30,914 bases of DNA, taken from contig JAQGDQ010002453.1 in NCBI GenBank assembly GCA_030141605.1, positions 1 to 30,914 on the forward strand, given 5' to 3'. The notes under the pieces were generated by a model. It worked only from the letters and a program-made list of their open reading frames with translations. It had not been told where the DNA came from and ran no database searches. Origin of the DNA: Tubiluchus corallicola (lineage: Eukaryota > Animalia > Priapulida). Positions within the stretch are counted from its first letter, which is position 1. Every line of letters starts with the position of its first letter. A program made the position numbers and the translations under genes. Shown here one piece after another: positions 27,654 to 30,914 of the stretch.

Positions 27654-28919
27654 TTATTTCACTATCATTTGTTCACGTCCTGCACCAGTAGAAACAAACT
27701 TAATAGGAACACCTGTCTTTTCTTCTATATAGGCAATAAAATCTTTTAGTTCAGAGGGTAAGTCATTATAATTATTCATTTGTGTAATGTCATCGTTCCA
27801 TCCTTTAAATTCTTTATAGATAACTTCTACTGTATCGTCATATTCATAGGGTACTTGGTCTGTTAATTTGCCTTGTATTTTATAATGTGTGGCTATTTTC
27901 ACCACTTCAAAAGTGGATAATACATCTGCTTTGGTCATTATTAATTGTGAGATACCATTGAGCATTACAGCATATTTTAATGCAGGAAGGTCGAGCCACC
28001 CACAACGTCGGGGTCTTCCAGTAGTAGCCCCAAACTCGTTTCCTGCTTTTTGGATTGCTTCACCCACAGTGTCGTGCAATTCCGTTGGGAAAGGCCCCAT
28101 TCCTACACGTGTGCAGTAGGCTTTGAATATCCCATACACCTCACCTATGGTGTGAGGTGCTACCCCCATACCTGTGCAAGCTCCAGCAGTTACTGTATTG
28201 GATGAGGTAACATAGGGATACGAGCCAAAATCAATATCCAGTAATGTACCTTGTGCTCCTTCTGCTAATATGGTTTTCTCTTCGAGAAGTAACTGATTTA
28301 TCTTGTATTCGCTATCTATTAATTTAAACTTTTTTAGATAGGCTATGCTTTGCATAAATTGCTCTTGTTCTTGTGTTATGTCCTCTTCTATGTTGAAATA
28401 TTTAACAAGAAGTTCTTTATGTTTGGCAGTTAGCTCTTCGTATTTTTGCTGAAAATTGGGATTGACAATGTCTCCTACTCGTAGAGCATTTCTGCTTATT
28501 TTGTCGGCATAAGTGGGACCTATTCCCTTGAGGGTTGAACCTATTTTTGTTTTGTCTTTTTTATTTTCATAAGCACGGTCAAGTATTCGGTGAGTGGGTA
28601 AAATAAGACTAGTCTTTTTTGAGATATATAGGTTGGTGGAAGCGTCTACTTCCAGTTTTTTAAGGTCTTCCATCTCTTTTTGGAAGGTAATGGGATCAAG
28701 CACTACGCCATTAGATATGATATTTATCTTATCTGCGTGGAATAAACCTGAAGGTATATTGTGTATTACGTGTTTGATGTTGTTAAATTGTAAAGAATGC
28801 CCGGCATTAGGGCCCCCTTGAAAGCGGACTACTACATCATAATTGGGCGTGAGGCAGTCTACAGCTTTTCCTTTTCCTTCGTCGCCCCATTGTAAACCCA
28901 ATAGCACATCTATTTTCAT
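27654..28919 (-). CDS. purA: Adenylosuccinate synthase
   Basis: GLQWGDEGKGK, RFQGGPNAGH, EGAQG.LLDIDFG.YPYVTSS and EFGATTGRPRRCGWLD. Confidence 0.98.
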   Translation of the reverse strand: MKIDVLLGLQWGDEGKGKAVDCLTPNYDVVVRFQGGPNAGHSLQFNNIKHVIHNIPSGLFHADKINIISNGVVLDPITFQKEMEDLKKLEVDASTNLYISKKTSLILPTHRILDRAYENKKDKTKIGSTLKGIGPTYADKISRNALRVGDIVNPNFQQKYEELTAKHKELLVKYFNIEEDITQEQEQFMQSIAYLKKFKLIDSEYKINQLLLEEKTILAEGAQGTLLDIDFGSYPYVTSSNTVTAGACTGMGVAPHTIGEVYGIFKAYCTRVGMGPFPTELHDTVGEAIQKAGNEFGATTGRPRRCGWLDLPALKYAVMLNGISQLIMTKADVLSTFEVVKIATHYKIQGKLTDQVPYEYDDTVEVIYKEFKGWNDDITQMNNYNDLPSELKDFIAYIEEKTGVPIKFVSTGAGREQMIVK

Positions 28920-28927
28920 ATTAAAAT

Positions 28928-29416
28928 TTACTTATTTTTTATTTTTTGTAGTTGTCGTTTCTTTTTTCGAATACAGTTTTTGCACTCTCCGTATATGTAC
29001 AGTTGATGGTGAGATATGGTGAATCCTTTTTGTCTGCTTATTTTCGTTTTTAACGATTTAATGGCAAGATTTTTAAATTCTATTACTTTTTTACACACTT
29101 TACATATTAGGTGATCGTGGTCAGTGTTATTTTTGTGGCTTTCGAAAAAAGTAATATCCTTTTCATAATTATGTTCTATGAGCAACTGGCATTCTACAAG
29201 TAGTTTTAATGTATTGTAAATGGTCGTTTTGCTTATGTAATATTTTTCTTTTAAGAGTTCATTATAGAGACTACTTGCATCAAAATGCTTTTTTATTTGA
29301 TAGGCTTTTTCTAATATAATCTGTCTTTCAGGTGTGTTGCGTAATCCTTTACTTTTTATATAATTTGTAAGTACGTTTTTGGCATTTATGTATGTATTGG
29401 TTTCGCTGCTAAGCAT
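28928..29416 (-). CDS. fur: Fur family transcriptional regulator
   Basis: GLR.TPER..IL, S..TIYNTL.LL, HDHLICxxC and YG.CxxC. The fur-purA linkage is typical of Bacteroidota. Confidence 0.88.
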   Translation of the reverse strand: MLSSETNTYINAKNVLTNYIKSKGLRNTPERQIILEKAYQIKKHFDASSLYNELLKEKYYISKTTIYNTLKLLVECQLLIEHNYEKDITFFESHKNNTDHDHLICKVCKKVIEFKNLAIKSLKTKISRQKGFTISHHQLYIYGECKNCIRKKKRQLQKIKNK

Positions 29417-29446
29417 AACTGGGCTATATTGTTTTTTTTATGTGGG

Positions 29447-29454
29447 CAAATTTA
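29447..29454 (-). promoter_or_regulatory. -7 promoter element of the fur-purA-fmt operon
   Basis: Minus strand TAAATTTG matches TAnnTTTG, 30 nt upstream of the fur ATG. Confidence 0.65.
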
Positions 29455-29611
29455 ATAAAAATTGTGAAAGCAGTGTTTTTTTTAACTCAAATTTAATACT
29501 CAATTCTTGCTTCTTCGCTCTTCTTTATAACCTTGCTATTTTTTTGCAAAATACTTTTATTTATAGTTTATTTGTTTTCTTAATTCTTTTTTACAAATTG
29601 TTTCTTTTTCT

Positions 29612-30914
29612 ATGAAAAATGTTTTATTTGCTGTTTCGTTGTTTGGTATTTTGTTGGGAATATTTGACAAAATAAAAGCACAAAAGGGTAAGCAGCCCAA
29701 TATTATCCTGATAATGAGCGACCAGCACCACGCTGATGTGATGAGCAGTGTAGGACATCCTGATGTAGAAACTCCAAATATTGATAGGTTGGCCCAAAGT
29801 GGTGTTTCATTTAAATATACTTATGTGAGTTTTCCTTTATGCTCACCTGCTCGTGCTTCTATTTTTACAGGTTTGTATCCCCACAGTCTTGGGATATATT
29901 CTAATAGAACGAATAATCTTAGCCCCGAAAATCAACGAATGGTAATTGCTAATATACTTTCTGAGAATGGTTATGATTGTGTTTATGCAGGTAAATGGCA
30001 CGTGCCTGCCAAAAATATTGAAACAAATGATGGTAATGGCTTTATGCAGATACATCCTTTTGGTGATGATGGTTTGGCAGAGGCTTGTATAGAATATTTA
30101 AAAAAGGTAAAGGATGATGATAAACCTTTCTTTCTTGTTGCTTCATTTGATAACCCACACAATATATGTGAATATGCAAGGAATCAACCTCTGCCCTATG
30201 GCAATATAGAAACGCAGGGTTTGGATATGAGAACATTTCCTGACTTGCCAAGAAATTTTGCCCATTCTCCCTACGAACCTGAGGCTTTGAGAATGGAGCA
30301 AGCTGCTGTGCCTCGTCATTATCCCACAACAAATTATACGCCTGATGATTGGAGAAGATATAAATATGTTTATAATAGATTGGTAGAAAAGGTAGATATA
30401 GAAATAGGAAAAATATTGAATGCAGTGGAGCAGTTACAGTTGGATGATAACTCTGTGATTATTTATACTAGCGATCACGGTGATGGATATGCACATCATA
30501 TGTGGAATCAGAAGACAAGTTTGTATGAAGAGTCTATTAGAGTACCTTTTATTATATCTTATAAGGACAAGCTGAAACTTAAAGGAGGGTTTGTTGAGAA
30601 AGAGCATATTATTAACAATGGTTTGGATATCGTACCTACTATCTTGGATTATGCAGGTGTAGATAAACCTTTTTATTTGGTAGGTAAAAGCCTTAAACCT
30701 ATTTTAGAGGGTAGAAAGGTGGATTGGAGGTCAGAAACGTATGTTCAAACTATGTTTGACGGAGATGCTGGTTCGCAAACAGCACTTAGAACAAGAGGTA
30801 GAGCTGTTGTTTCTAAGAAATATAAGTATATCGTATATGATTTAGGAAAGGATAAGGAGCAGTTGTTTGATTTGGAAAACGACCCTGATGAGATGATTAA
30901 CCTTGCTGTAAGTA
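29612..30914 (+). CDS. Exported formylglycine-dependent (S1) sulfatase, runs off the 3' end of the window
   Basis: Not in the ORF track because it has no stop in the window. Signal peptide, PNIILIMSDQH, TPNIDRLA, CSPARASIFTG (CxPxR), GKWH, YTSDHGD and EQLFDLENDPDEM.NLA. Confidence 0.93.
   Translation, partial: MKNVLFAVSLFGILLGIFDKIKAQKGKQPNIILIMSDQHHADVMSSVGHPDVETPNIDRLAQSGVSFKYTYVSFPLCSPARASIFTGLYPHSLGIYSNRTNNLSPENQRMVIANILSENGYDCVYAGKWHVPAKNIETNDGNGFMQIHPFGDDGLAEACIEYLKKVKDDDKPFFLVASFDNPHNICEYARNQPLPYGNIETQGLDMRTFPDLPRNFAHSPYEPEALRMEQAAVPRHYPTTNYTPDDWRRYKYVYNRLVEKVDIEIGKILNAVEQLQLDDNSVIIYTSDHGDGYAHHMWNQKTSLYEESIRVPFIISYKDKLKLKGGFVEKEHIINNGLDIVPTILDYAGVDKPFYLVGKSLKPILEGRKVDWRSETYVQTMFDGDAGSQTALRTRGRAVVSKKYKYIVYDLGKDKEQLFDLENDPDEMINLAVS

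Noticed and set aside
29379-29615. 78-aa Phe/Leu-rich ORF between fur and the sulfatase
   Set aside because: It is a translation of a T-rich divergent promoter region overlapping the fur start, with no family resemblance.
1-30914. Alternative genetic code, CRISPR array, tRNA/rRNA, IS elements or inteins
   Set aside because: Conserved genes read through in code 11 and end in TAA or TAG, and the methyltransferase ends in TGA after its last motif. I saw no spaced repeats, cloverleafs, transposase motifs or large insertions in RpoB or RpoC.

Overview
An AT-rich Bacteroidota chromosomal segment, judged from the TAnnTTTG promoters, the lack of clear Shine-Dalgarno sites and lineage-typical gene linkages. 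It is mostly housekeeping: rplA (3' end)-rplJ-rplL-rpoB-rpoC, hisC, a RelA/SpoT homologue, rne/rng, bS22, HU, efp, ugd, carA and carB, a DUF6048/DUF6452-like pair, fmt, purA, fur and a 3'-truncated sulfatase. The strongest anomalies are: (1) rplL is only 56 codons, with an in-frame loss of about half of L7/L12 at a short 'KE' junction; (2) a putative type II restriction-modification pair sits inside the carA-carB operon, and its nuclease may be catalytically dead; (3) the RelA homologue has a degenerate hydrolase domain and no ACT domain; (4) two accessory genes follow carB; (5) GC skew flips in blocks. I saw no tRNA, rRNA, CRISPR array or transposase. All family assignments come from motif recognition, not database searches.
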